From contig JBHHXN010000007.1 of NCBI GenBank assembly GCA_046757025.1, positions 1 to 64,000 on the forward strand: DNA of 64,000 nt, given 5' to 3'. Below, one piece after another: positions 1 to 8,728 of this stretch. A program made the translations under genes and the position numbers. Each line of letters starts with the position of its first letter. The first letter of the stretch is position 1. The notes beneath the pieces were generated by a model. It saw only the letters and a list, made by a program, of their open reading frames with translations. It was not told the DNA's origin and ran no database searches. The stretch is from a bacterium. Its GTDB lineage: Bacteria; Zhuqueibacterota; Zhuqueibacteria; Oceanimicrobiales; Oceanimicrobiaceae.

Positions 1-17
1 GCTGCGCTCGCAATGAC
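1..17. repeat. Partial REP-like element (right arm CTCGCAATGAC)
   Basis: Same arm family as the GTCATTGCGAG...CTCGCAACGAC hairpin at 10112-10153; cut by the window edge. Confidence 0.4.
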
Positions 18-198
18 AATTTGTTGTAACATTAATTAGGAAACGTTCTACTAGTAGAGCCGCGTCCCATTCGTAATGATTTCGCGCAATTGCCGAACGA
101 ATTAATCCCAAATAACACGGCAATTAAATATCAAATAAATTTCAATTTTTTAAACACAAAATCGGGAATAATTGGAATCAGGGCTTTGTTTCCCATTT

Positions 199-224
199 AA
201 CACATGCATACATCTGCATATATT
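199..224 (+). promoter_or_regulatory. Putative ArsR/SmtB-family operator (12-2-12 imperfect inverted repeat)
   Basis: AACACATGCATA-CA-TCTGCATATATT, 9/12 arm symmetry, 30 nt upstream of the operon start; RBS AGGAGGA at 238-244. Confidence 0.55.
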
Positions 225-254
225 AATGTGAAATAGCAGGAGGAATTACCTAAA

Positions 255-1514
255 TTGAGTACAATAAAAATTGCTGTGATCGGCGCCGGTCCCATCGGAT
301 TGGAAGCGGCGTTGTATGCCCGACAGCTCGGATTTGAAGTTGAGATTCTGGAAAAAAGATTCGTTGGAGCGAATATTTCTCACTGGGGTCACGTGCGATT
401 ATTCTCCCCCTGGAAAATGAATCATTCTGCGTTGGGTGTAAAATTATTAAAAGAAAATTTCGACAAGTGGCAAGAACCCACACAGGAAGCCTTTTTGACA
501 GGCAGGGAATATGTTGAATCTTACCTTCAACCTCTCAGCCAATTGCCGCAAATTGCCCAAAATCTCCACACAGGCATAGAAGTGTTGAGCGTCGGTCGCG
601 CCCGGGTTTTGAAAGGGGAGTTAATCGGCAACCCGCAGCGAGCAAACCATTCCTTTCGATTGTTAACCCGGGATGCGAGTGGAGAGGAAAAGATTTTTCA
701 CGCTGACATCGTCATCGATGCGACAGGGGTTTACGGCACGCCAAACTGGATCGGAGAAGGCGGAATTCCAGCCGTGGGAGAACGCCGGGCTCGGCCATTC
801 ATCGATTACCACCTCCGGGATATTTACGGCGCCGACCGTGCAAAATTCGCTGGCAAAAAGACCTTGCTCATTGGAGCGGGCTACTCCGCGGCCACTACCA
901 TTTGCGATTTCCAAAATTTGATCCGCGAAGAACCCGAGACTTCGGTCATCTGGGTAATTCGCGAGAACCGCACGGAGCCCATCCCAGTTATTGAGGACGA
1001 CGCGTTGCCCAATCGCGCCAGTCTGACGCGGACGGCCAATGCCATCGCACAAAACGGCGAAACACAAATTGCCTTCCGAAACAAAACCGTCATCCATTCC
1101 ATAGAGTATATTGAAAACGAAGCGCAATTTTTAGTGCTCCTGAAATTCGGTAACTCGAAAGAAGAAATCAAAGTCCATCGCATCATCGCCAACGTGGGTT
1201 ATGGGCCGGACAATTCTTTATACAGAGAATTGCAGGTGCACGAATGCTATGCCACTCGCGGCCCCATGAATTTAGCCGCTGCGCTTTTGGGAAGCGCCTC
1301 CGCCGACTGTTTGACTCAAGCCAGCCAGGGCGCGGAAACACTGAAAAATCCCGAACCGGATTTTTACATCATCGGCAACAAAAGTTATGGCCGCAATTCC
1401 ACATTTTTAATTCGCGTGGGTTTGAGTCAAATCGTTGAGGTTTTTTCACTCATAACAGGCAATAACCACTTAAACCTTTACGAAGATATTCATCAAAAAG
1501 TGAGCGTAAAATAA
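255..1514 (+). CDS. FAD/NAD(P)-dependent oxidoreductase (flavoprotein of the type found in ars operons)
   Basis: GAGPIG and GAGYSA Rossmann motifs, DATG, C-terminal EPDFYIIGNKSYGR..TFL; TTG start with strong RBS. Confidence 0.8.
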   Translation: MSTIKIAVIGAGPIGLEAALYARQLGFEVEILEKRFVGANISHWGHVRLFSPWKMNHSALGVKLLKENFDKWQEPTQEAFLTGREYVESYLQPLSQLPQIAQNLHTGIEVLSVGRARVLKGELIGNPQRANHSFRLLTRDASGEEKIFHADIVIDATGVYGTPNWIGEGGIPAVGERRARPFIDYHLRDIYGADRAKFAGKKTLLIGAGYSAATTICDFQNLIREEPETSVIWVIRENRTEPIPVIEDDALPNRASLTRTANAIAQNGETQIAFRNKTVIHSIEYIENEAQFLVLLKFGNSKEEIKVHRIIANVGYGPDNSLYRELQVHECYATRGPMNLAAALLGSASADCLTQASQGAETLKNPEPDFYIIGNKSYGRNSTFLIRVGLSQIVEVFSLITGNNHLNLYEDIHQKVSVK

Positions 1515-1515
1515 A

Positions 1516-2493
1516 TTGACAACCGAACAACTAAGTACCGGCGACAGCCAATGGCCGACCAGCAGCTCCTCCCCTGAACTTGTGGATCAAACAACTCAAG
1601 CCCAATATGTCGAACCCTCGGTAAAGGACGCACCCTGGGCGCCGCTTTATAGTCTCGACGCCCTGTGGTTTCAAGTCGGAGGCACCATTTGCAATCTCTG
1701 GTGCAGCCATTGTTTCATTAGCTGCAGTCCTCAGAACCACAAATTCGGTTTCATGGACCGGGCGACCGTTGGCAAATATTTAGCTGAATCAAAAGCCTTG
1801 GGTGTGAAAGAATATTATTTCACCGGTGGAGAACCGTTTATGAATAAGGACTTGCCGGACATTCTCAAAGACACCCTGGAAATCGGCCCCGCGACGGTGC
1901 TGACCAATGGTATCTTGATTCAAGAACGGGTGGCTAAAAAACTCCAGGAAATGGCGTCTCTTTCCATCTACTCTCTTGAAATCCGCGTGAGCATCGACGG
2001 TTTTAGCGCCGAAAGCCATGATCGGATTCGAGGAAAAGGCAGCTTTCAGAAGGCGCTTTCCGGCATCAAGAATTTAGTTGACCACGGATTTTTGCCCATC
2101 ATTACCGCGGCGCAAACCTGGGAGGAATCGGAAACCGAGAGCGTGTTTCAGGGATTTCGCCAAACGCTGAAAAAGTTAGGCTATTCCCGACCGCGAGTAA
2201 AACTGATTCCCCCTCTGCGAATTGGCCGGGAAAAAGTGCGCAGTCGCGGTTACGATAAATTTGAATTTATCACCAAAGAAATGATGACGGAATACGACGA
2301 CCATCTCCTGCAATGCACGCACAGCCGCATGGTCACCGACAAAGGCGTGTTTGTCTGTCCCATTCTCATCGATGACCCTGAGGCGAAAGTTTCCGATTCC
2401 TTAGTGGATTCTTTTTCGCCATATCCATTAAAACACCAGGCGTGCTATACGTGTTATTTGTCTGGCGCGATATGTCACAACTTTTCTTCATAA
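1516..2493 (+). CDS. Radical SAM protein with Cys-rich C-terminus (ArsS-like)
   Basis: CNLWCSHC (CX3CX2C), FTGGEP, TNG, VSIDG; C-terminal C..SRMV..CP..CYTC..C. Confidence 0.85.
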   Translation: MTTEQLSTGDSQWPTSSSSPELVDQTTQAQYVEPSVKDAPWAPLYSLDALWFQVGGTICNLWCSHCFISCSPQNHKFGFMDRATVGKYLAESKALGVKEYYFTGGEPFMNKDLPDILKDTLEIGPATVLTNGILIQERVAKKLQEMASLSIYSLEIRVSIDGFSAESHDRIRGKGSFQKALSGIKNLVDHGFLPIITAAQTWEESETESVFQGFRQTLKKLGYSRPRVKLIPPLRIGREKVRSRGYDKFEFITKEMMTEYDDHLLQCTHSRMVTDKGVFVCPILIDDPEAKVSDSLVDSFSPYPLKHQACYTCYLSGAICHNFSS

Positions 2494-2524
2494 AATACGA
2501 ACGGTAAATTTAAAGGAACAAAAA

Positions 2525-3721
2525 ATGAGCTCAAATTCAAACGGAAACTCTTCTCGAAAAACAAAAAAGCTAAACGTGGAAAAAGCGGTACGGCAGCGGT
2601 ACGAGCAAGGCGCCTTGACCCAGGAAGCGGCCTTGTGCTGCGCCTCTGCCGAATACGACAAAAAGTATCTCGAAGTCATTCCACCGGAAATTATCGAACG
2701 CGATTACGGCTGCGGCGATCCCTCCAAATATGTACAACCGGGAGAAACGGTTTTGGACCTCGGCAGCGGTACCGGTAAAATTTGTTACATTATTTCACAA
2801 ATGACCGGCGCGGAGGGACAGGTCATCGGCGTGGATATGAACCAGGAAATGCTCACCTTATCGCGCAGTTATTTAAAAGAGGTGGGGGATAAAATCGGCT
2901 ACCATAATGTAGAATTCAGACGCGGCAAGATCCAAGACCTGCGCTTGAATATGGACAAAGCCGACCTGTATTTGCGTGAGAATCCCATAAAAAATGCGGA
3001 TGATCTGATTGCGTACGATGAATTCGTTCAGGAACAAAAATTGAATCAGCCCATGATTGCGGACAATTCTGTGGATTTAGTGGTTTCAAATTGTGTGCTC
3101 AATCTGGTAAAAGATGAAGACAAAAAACAACTTTTCTCAGAAATTTTTCGTGTGTTGAAAAAAGGCGGCAGGGTAGCCATTTCAGACATCGTATCGGATG
3201 AAGACGTGCCCGAGCAAATGAAAAACAATCCCGAACTCTGGAGCGGCTGCATTTCTGGCGCTTACCGGGAAGACCTGTTTCTGAAAGAATTTGCAGACAT
3301 CGGCTTTTATGGCATTCAGATCGAGAAACGCGACGAACCCCCCTGGCAAACGGTGGAAGGCATCGAATTTCGCTCCATGACCATCACCGCCTACAAAGGC
3401 AAAGAAGGTCCTTGTTTAGAACGCAATCAGGCCGTAGTTTATCGCGGTCCCTGGAAAGCGGTCATCGACGATGACGGTCACACGCTCTATCGCGGCGAAC
3501 CCATGGCGGTGTGCGATAAGACCTTTCAAATTTATCAAAAGGCGCCTTATCAAAACGATATTATCGCCCTGGCTCCGCGTGAGGAAATTCCACTGGAAGA
3601 AGCCGTGCCATTCGCCTGCAACAAAAATGCTCGGCGCCATCCCAAAGAGACAAAAGGCCAGGAATACAACAAAACGAAATTTACCCAAGAGCCCTATTGC
3701 AATACCGACAGCTGCTGCTGA
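2525..3721 (+). CDS. arsM: ArsM/AS3MT-like SAM-dependent methyltransferase
   Basis: LCC, DYGCGDP, VLDLGSGTG, VVSNCVLNL, LWSGCISGA and terminal CC, matching the Cys pattern of arsenite methyltransferases. Confidence 0.7.
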   Translation: MSSNSNGNSSRKTKKLNVEKAVRQRYEQGALTQEAALCCASAEYDKKYLEVIPPEIIERDYGCGDPSKYVQPGETVLDLGSGTGKICYIISQMTGAEGQVIGVDMNQEMLTLSRSYLKEVGDKIGYHNVEFRRGKIQDLRLNMDKADLYLRENPIKNADDLIAYDEFVQEQKLNQPMIADNSVDLVVSNCVLNLVKDEDKKQLFSEIFRVLKKGGRVAISDIVSDEDVPEQMKNNPELWSGCISGAYREDLFLKEFADIGFYGIQIEKRDEPPWQTVEGIEFRSMTITAYKGKEGPCLERNQAVVYRGPWKAVIDDDGHTLYRGEPMAVCDKTFQIYQKAPYQNDIIALAPREEIPLEEAVPFACNKNARRHPKETKGQEYNKTKFTQEPYCNTDSCC

Positions 3722-3757
3722 TACTCACCTGAAAGCAAAAAAACGGGCTTCCGTTCT

Positions 3758-4552
3758 ATGCAGAAATTCGATTTCAAAAAAATAGCGGTATTTGGCGGCG
3801 TGTACAACAATTATCTGGCGCTGCAGGCTCTGGTTCACGACGCCCAAAAACGGGGAGTGGACCGACTTTACTGTCTGGGCGATCTCGGTGCTTTCGGTCC
3901 ACATCCGGACGCCGTTTTTCCGATTCTACTGGAGCAAAAAATAGAAGTGGTACAGGGGAATTACGATCATGCCATCGGGAATGAACTGGCGGATTGTCAG
4001 TGCGGCTACACCGATCCACGGGACAATCATTTTGCACAGATCAGTTATGATTACACGCTGGCACACACGAGTCGGGAATTCAAAATATGGCAGAAACAAC
4101 TACCGACAGAAATACGATTTGAAATGGGTGGGAAACGCTTTCTTTTGTGCCACGGCTCTCCAAGACAAACCAATGAATTTTTGTGGGAGTCCACCACCCC
4201 CACCCATTTTTTAGAAAAACTCTTTCGAGATTTCGAAACGGATGTGATTTTGACCACCCACACGGGCATTCACTGGCAACGTACTCTGGCGGATGGCAAA
4301 CTCTTTGCCAACGTAGGCGTGATCGGTCGGCCGGAAAACGAAGGCCAAACCAACGTCTGGTACGCCGTCATTTCAGTGAATGACGAGCCTCAAATCGAAT
4401 TTGTTCCACTGAACTACGATTACCCTGAATTAGCGCTTGAAATGGAAAAGGAGCAAATCCCGCAGGAGTTCATCCAAACTATCCTCACCGGCTGGTGGAC
4501 GACCTGTCTGGAAATTCTACCTGCCCGTGAGCGTCTGCGCGGTAAATACTAA
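3758..4552 (+). CDS. Calcineurin-like metallophosphoesterase-fold protein with degenerate metal site and CxC motif
   Basis: LGDL, GNYD, CHGSP, NVGVIGRP retained; DxH replaced by GVY and GHxH by THTG; CQCGY present. Confidence 0.8.
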   Translation: MQKFDFKKIAVFGGVYNNYLALQALVHDAQKRGVDRLYCLGDLGAFGPHPDAVFPILLEQKIEVVQGNYDHAIGNELADCQCGYTDPRDNHFAQISYDYTLAHTSREFKIWQKQLPTEIRFEMGGKRFLLCHGSPRQTNEFLWESTTPTHFLEKLFRDFETDVILTTHTGIHWQRTLADGKLFANVGVIGRPENEGQTNVWYAVISVNDEPQIEFVPLNYDYPELALEMEKEQIPQEFIQTILTGWWTTCLEILPARERLRGKY

Positions 4553-4556
4553 AAGA

Positions 4557-5894
4557 CTAACTGCCGATCTTATCACGCAAATATGGCAGCAAATTATCCT
4601 GCAAAACTCGCTCCTGATTCATGGAGTCGCGCTCGCGCACGGTGACGGTCTGATCTTCCAGTGTTTGCGAATCCACCGTAATGCAAAACGGTGTGCCGGC
4701 CTCATCCTGGCGGCGATAACGCCGTCCCACCGCGCCGCCTTCATCGTAAAAAACCATCATGTGTTTTTTCAAATGATCGGTTATTTTGTGAGCGATCTCC
4801 GGCATACCGTCTCTTTTCACCAGCGGGAAAATGCCGGTTTTTACCGGTGCGATTTTCGGGGAGAGCTTCACCACCACGCGGGTATCGCCGTTCAACTGTT
4901 CTTCTGTGTACGCATCCACCAGGCAGGTCAACAGGGTTCGGTCGCAGCCCGCCGAGGTTTCGATGATAAACGGAATGAAGCGCTCCCGCGTGGCATCGTC
5001 GAAATACTGCATATCTTTGCCTGAAAACTCCTGATGCTTTTTCAAATCAAAATCGGTGCGATTATGGATGCCTTCCAGCTCTTTCCAACCGAACGGGAAT
5101 TGGTATTCGATATCAAAAGCGGCCGCTGCATAGTGCGCCAGCTCGTCCGTTCCGTGCTGATGAAATTTTAAGTTTTCTTTGCGGATGCCCAGTTCATCGT
5201 ACCACTGAATGCGCTGCTGTTTCCAGTATTCAAACCATTCGGCAGCGGCGCCGGGCTTGACGAAAAATTGCATTTCCATCTGTTCAAATTCGCGGGTACG
5301 AAAAATGAAATTCCTCGGGGTTATCTCATTCCGAAAGGCTTTGCCGATTTGTGCAATTCCGAATGGCACTTTTTGCCGGGAAGATTGCAAAACATTTTGG
5401 AAATTGACGTAAATACCCTGTGCGGTTTCGGGCCGTAGATAAACCACCGAAGCATCGTCTTCCAGCGGTCCCATGTGGGTTTTGAACATGAGGTTGAATT
5501 TGCGCACCGCGGTGAGTTCGCCGCCGCAATGGCTCACCATTTTACTCGGCTTTTGCGGACAGGGCGTAGAATCGAGCTGATCAGCGCGGAAACGCCCCTG
5601 ACAGGTCTTGCAATCCACAAGGGGATCGGTGAAACCCTCTACATGACCGGACGCGTGCCAGATGGTTGGATGCATGAGGATGGAGGAATCGAGACCGACG
5701 ATGTCATCCCGTACCCGCACCATCCTGTTCCACCAGAAATCTTTAATGTTCTTTTTCAATTCACTGCCAAGGGGGCCGTAATCATAGCAGCTATCCAGAC
5801 CTCCGTAAATTTCACTGGACTGGTAAATAAAGCCTCGTCTTTTACACAACGAAACAATTTTCGACATGAGGTTGTTGGGCGACTCTTTGCTCAT
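4557..5894 (-). CDS. glyS: Glycine--tRNA ligase (homodimeric type)
   Basis: [36 protein letters not shown], anticodon-binding [13 protein letters not shown]. Confidence 0.97.
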   Translation of the reverse strand: MSKESPNNLMSKIVSLCKRRGFIYQSSEIYGGLDSCYDYGPLGSELKKNIKDFWWNRMVRVRDDIVGLDSSILMHPTIWHASGHVEGFTDPLVDCKTCQGRFRADQLDSTPCPQKPSKMVSHCGGELTAVRKFNLMFKTHMGPLEDDASVVYLRPETAQGIYVNFQNVLQSSRQKVPFGIAQIGKAFRNEITPRNFIFRTREFEQMEMQFFVKPGAAAEWFEYWKQQRIQWYDELGIRKENLKFHQHGTDELAHYAAAAFDIEYQFPFGWKELEGIHNRTDFDLKKHQEFSGKDMQYFDDATRERFIPFIIETSAGCDRTLLTCLVDAYTEEQLNGDTRVVVKLSPKIAPVKTGIFPLVKRDGMPEIAHKITDHLKKHMMVFYDEGGAVGRRYRRQDEAGTPFCITVDSQTLEDQTVTVRERDSMNQERVLQDNLLPYLRDKIGS

Positions 5895-5955
5895 AAATTC
5901 TCCCTCGTTTTTCGAATCGATTTAGAAATTTTCACTTCAAAACTCATCTCACAAG

Positions 5956-7011
5956 TTAACTATTTAAATTTTCACTTTTCAGAATGGCCGCAGCATTTTC
6001 AGGCGAAACCATATTGATGTGGAAACCGGAACCGATTTCAAAACTGGTGTATCCGCGAAACCGCGGTGTGATTTCAATATGCCAGTGATAATCGCGATCA
6101 AGAGTCTTCCAATATCCGCGCAATTTTCCGGTTGCCACATTGGGGCCCGAATGCAGTACCATGACGTAATTTGGATGGTATAAGATATTGTTTATTTTGG
6201 TCAGAATGCTTTGTAAAATCTCTGCTAACTGCCGGTAATCTTCGTTCCATTCGAAAAATGTTTCATGTTGTTTCGGCAAAATACAAACTTCAAAAGGCGA
6301 GCGTGAGGCAAAGGGTGCCATGGCTAAAAATTTATCGTTTTGATGAATGATCCGCTCGTCGTCATTAAGCTCCTGGTGGATGATATCGCAAAACAAACAG
6401 CGCTCTTTATATTGAAAATGCTCCATGGCATTTAACAGCTCGGTTTTGACTCTCGTGGGCGTAATCGGCGTGGCAATGATATGAGAATGAGAATGAAATA
6501 ACACTTCCTCATGACCATCACCAAAATTTTTATGCAAGAGAACATATCTGAATCTTTCATCTTTCTTGAGATCCAGTATGCGCTCACGATAAGTGTTCAG
6601 AACTTTAACCAGCTGATCATTGTCCATATTCATCAACTGCACATCATGCTGCGGATACTCAATCACCAGTTCATGGGCGCCAATGCCGTCCAGCACGTCG
6701 TAAATTCCGATTCCACGATTGTTCAATTCTCCATGAATTTGTAAAATCGGCTGGATATTGGGTATCACGCGCACATCCCAACCTGGCTTATCGACCGCGG
6801 CTCCTTCCTTTCGAATGGCATAAATTTCGGAAGGGGTTTTGGTTTCAAAGCCTTCACAAAATTGACAGCGGGATTTTTGATCCTTACTCGGCTTTTTTCT
6901 CGGTCGGATTCGCGCGAGAAGCTCCTCAAGATCGTTCTGTTGCTGCACGATGATGGACCAGTGCCCGGTGATGGGATTGCGTCGAAATTGATTGCTTTCG
7001 CTGTTTGTCAT
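5956..7011 (-). CDS. GalT-like nucleotidyltransferase/HIT-superfamily protein
   Basis: RRNPITGHW, CQFCEG, WDVRVIPN, GAHELVIE, CLFCD, YHWHIEITPR; active-site motif HSHSH. Confidence 0.85.
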   Translation of the reverse strand: MTNSESNQFRRNPITGHWSIIVQQQNDLEELLARIRPRKKPSKDQKSRCQFCEGFETKTPSEIYAIRKEGAAVDKPGWDVRVIPNIQPILQIHGELNNRGIGIYDVLDGIGAHELVIEYPQHDVQLMNMDNDQLVKVLNTYRERILDLKKDERFRYVLLHKNFGDGHEEVLFHSHSHIIATPITPTRVKTELLNAMEHFQYKERCLFCDIIHQELNDDERIIHQNDKFLAMAPFASRSPFEVCILPKQHETFFEWNEDYRQLAEILQSILTKINNILYHPNYVMVLHSGPNVATGKLRGYWKTLDRDYHWHIEITPRFRGYTSFEIGSGFHINMVSPENAAAILKSENLNS

Positions 7012-7080
7012 CCTATTTCTTACAAAATTAATTAATTCGTATTTGCTAACAATTGATTGTTTTTTAACGAACAGGTGAAT

Positions 7081-8205
7081 TTATTTAGGTGCCATTTTTT
7101 CAACCGCATTCACTAATTCATCCTCTGGTTCTTTCAAAATATTTTCTCCCTCTTTCTGCCAATAGAGTAATATGTAGGATAAAGTGGTACCTGAATTGAA
7201 GCCGGTAAAAAGATACGAAATTAGTAAGGCGCCCACCAATAACAAATTTAATGCCATCAGATGTGCTGCGATGTTTAAGGCCCAGGATACTCCGGCGTCC
7301 TGAAATTCATGCGTAAAATAAACCCAGGGTGCGATGGGACCCAGGAGATTTTTTAAATGCGGTTCCAACGGTGTCATCCAATTTTGCAGAAAATATTGAG
7401 CCTGATTTGAAATAGCTAAATATTTTTCCTGCATGGCAAATAAGAAGATATTGTTCATCAACAAAACAGCACCCTTCACAAAAAGGGCAAAGAGCAAAAA
7501 CCCGACGACGCTCAGGCCAATGACAACGGCTTCATAAAACAACAACCTCAAAGGCTGACGCCAGGCCAGAGACAAACTCTGATAAATGGACTCGAATCCG
7601 TCTTCGTCGCTGACCGCTAACACCGACGGTGTAAAAAACAGAGATACTCCCAAGGCATAAAATAAAAACAGCAGTACCATCGAAGAAAATATCCAAATCA
7701 CCGTAAACAAAGAAATGCTTAACTCGCCGATAAAAGAAATTTTACCGCTCAATGCCGCCAACCCGATGAACAGAACCGTGAGTCCCGCAATAAAAGAGAT
7801 AGCGATGGGCGTAATCACAACCGAGCCGCTTTTTTTAAAAGCAAATTGTAAAGCGTCGCGCCAGGAATAAAACTGATCGTTTCGCAAACTCATAAAAGTT
7901 GAACGGGACACAGCGGTGTTTGCGATCATCAACATCATTACAAAGTAAATACAAGCGAGAATAAAGACGGCATTAGCAGCCAGGTTCACTGGTTTGTTCA
8001 ATGTAAAAAGACAGGGAAAGAATCCGAATTGGGTGACGAATTCATTGATTCCAAAGCCCGCTAACAAAAAGCTGATGAGGGTGAGTAAATAATATCCGGC
8101 ATAGCTGAGAATCAGTCCGATAAACTGAATCCAGATTCTCTGCAAACTAAAAGTCAGGCCGGGAGCTTTGAATAAGTCCAAAAGATTAAATCTTAATGGC
8201 TGCAT
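7081..8205 (-). CDS. Multi-pass membrane protein of unknown function
   Basis: 374 aa ORF with several long hydrophobic segments. Confidence 0.75.
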   Translation of the reverse strand: MQPLRFNLLDLFKAPGLTFSLQRIWIQFIGLILSYAGYYLLTLISFLLAGFGINEFVTQFGFFPCLFTLNKPVNLAANAVFILACIYFVMMLMIANTAVSRSTFMSLRNDQFYSWRDALQFAFKKSGSVVITPIAISFIAGLTVLFIGLAALSGKISFIGELSISLFTVIWIFSSMVLLFLFYALGVSLFFTPSVLAVSDEDGFESIYQSLSLAWRQPLRLLFYEAVVIGLSVVGFLLFALFVKGAVLLMNNIFLFAMQEKYLAISNQAQYFLQNWMTPLEPHLKNLLGPIAPWVYFTHEFQDAGVSWALNIAAHLMALNLLLVGALLISYLFTGFNSGTTLSYILLYWQKEGENILKEPEDELVNAVEKMAPK

Positions 8206-8321
8206 AATTTAACACAAAATGCAAATCTGAAAAAACAACGTGATGTTTAAGCGACAAGACGCATTTTAACCAATTTTATAGACAATTCAAATAATTATTT
8301 TGGAAATAAGACTAAAATACA

Positions 8322-8489
8322 AATTGAGTCGTTGGCAAAAAGGTGTCCTGTTTCAGCCGCTGACTTCTCCTGAAAAAGCTGCCGTGGCGGCCAAGGGTTG
8401 TTATTAAGCAGTCCGAGCACAAATGTTTTACGACACCAGGTCCCATCGGTTAATGATCTGAATTGGGCCAATTTGCGGTTGACTCAATT
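8322..8489 (+). ncRNA. ssrS: Probable 6S RNA
   Basis: Terminal 9-bp stem AATTGAGTC/GACTCAATT, inner pairings GCAAA/TTTGC, TTCAG/CTGAA, CCTG/CAGG; collinear motifs AGCCG, GTGGCG, GGTTG, GTCCGAG, ACGACAC recalled from E. coli 6S; TAAAAT at 8313-8318. Confidence 0.65.
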
Positions 8490-8490
8490 A

Positions 8491-8707
8491 CTAACATTTC
8501 TCACTTCGTGACATGAAACAGCAAATACATATAAATCTAAAGGTTACGCACTCATACTACTTCATCCTGAGCGCAGTCGAAGGGTGATTCGTTGGGTTAA
8601 TAATTCATGTTTTCCCGAATTTATTTCGGGACTCAGCATGAAGTAAAATGTCCTATTTAACTGTTTTTTCAAAATATAAATTCATAATTTGAAGTGAGAA
8701 ATGTTAG
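8491..8707. mobile_element. MITE, 217 bp, with 17-bp perfect TIRs and 7-bp TSD
   Basis: CTAACATTTCTCACTTC (8491-8507) / GAAGTGAGAAATGTTAG (8691-8707); TCAATTA at 8484-8490 and 8708-8714; internal REP-like motifs. Confidence 0.8.
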
Positions 8708-8728
8708 TCAATTAGAAAACAAAAGCCA

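Noticed and set aside
8505..8520. parS-like 16-mer (also one at about 20884)
   Set aside because: Only about 11/16 match to TGTTTCACGTGAAACA and not palindromic
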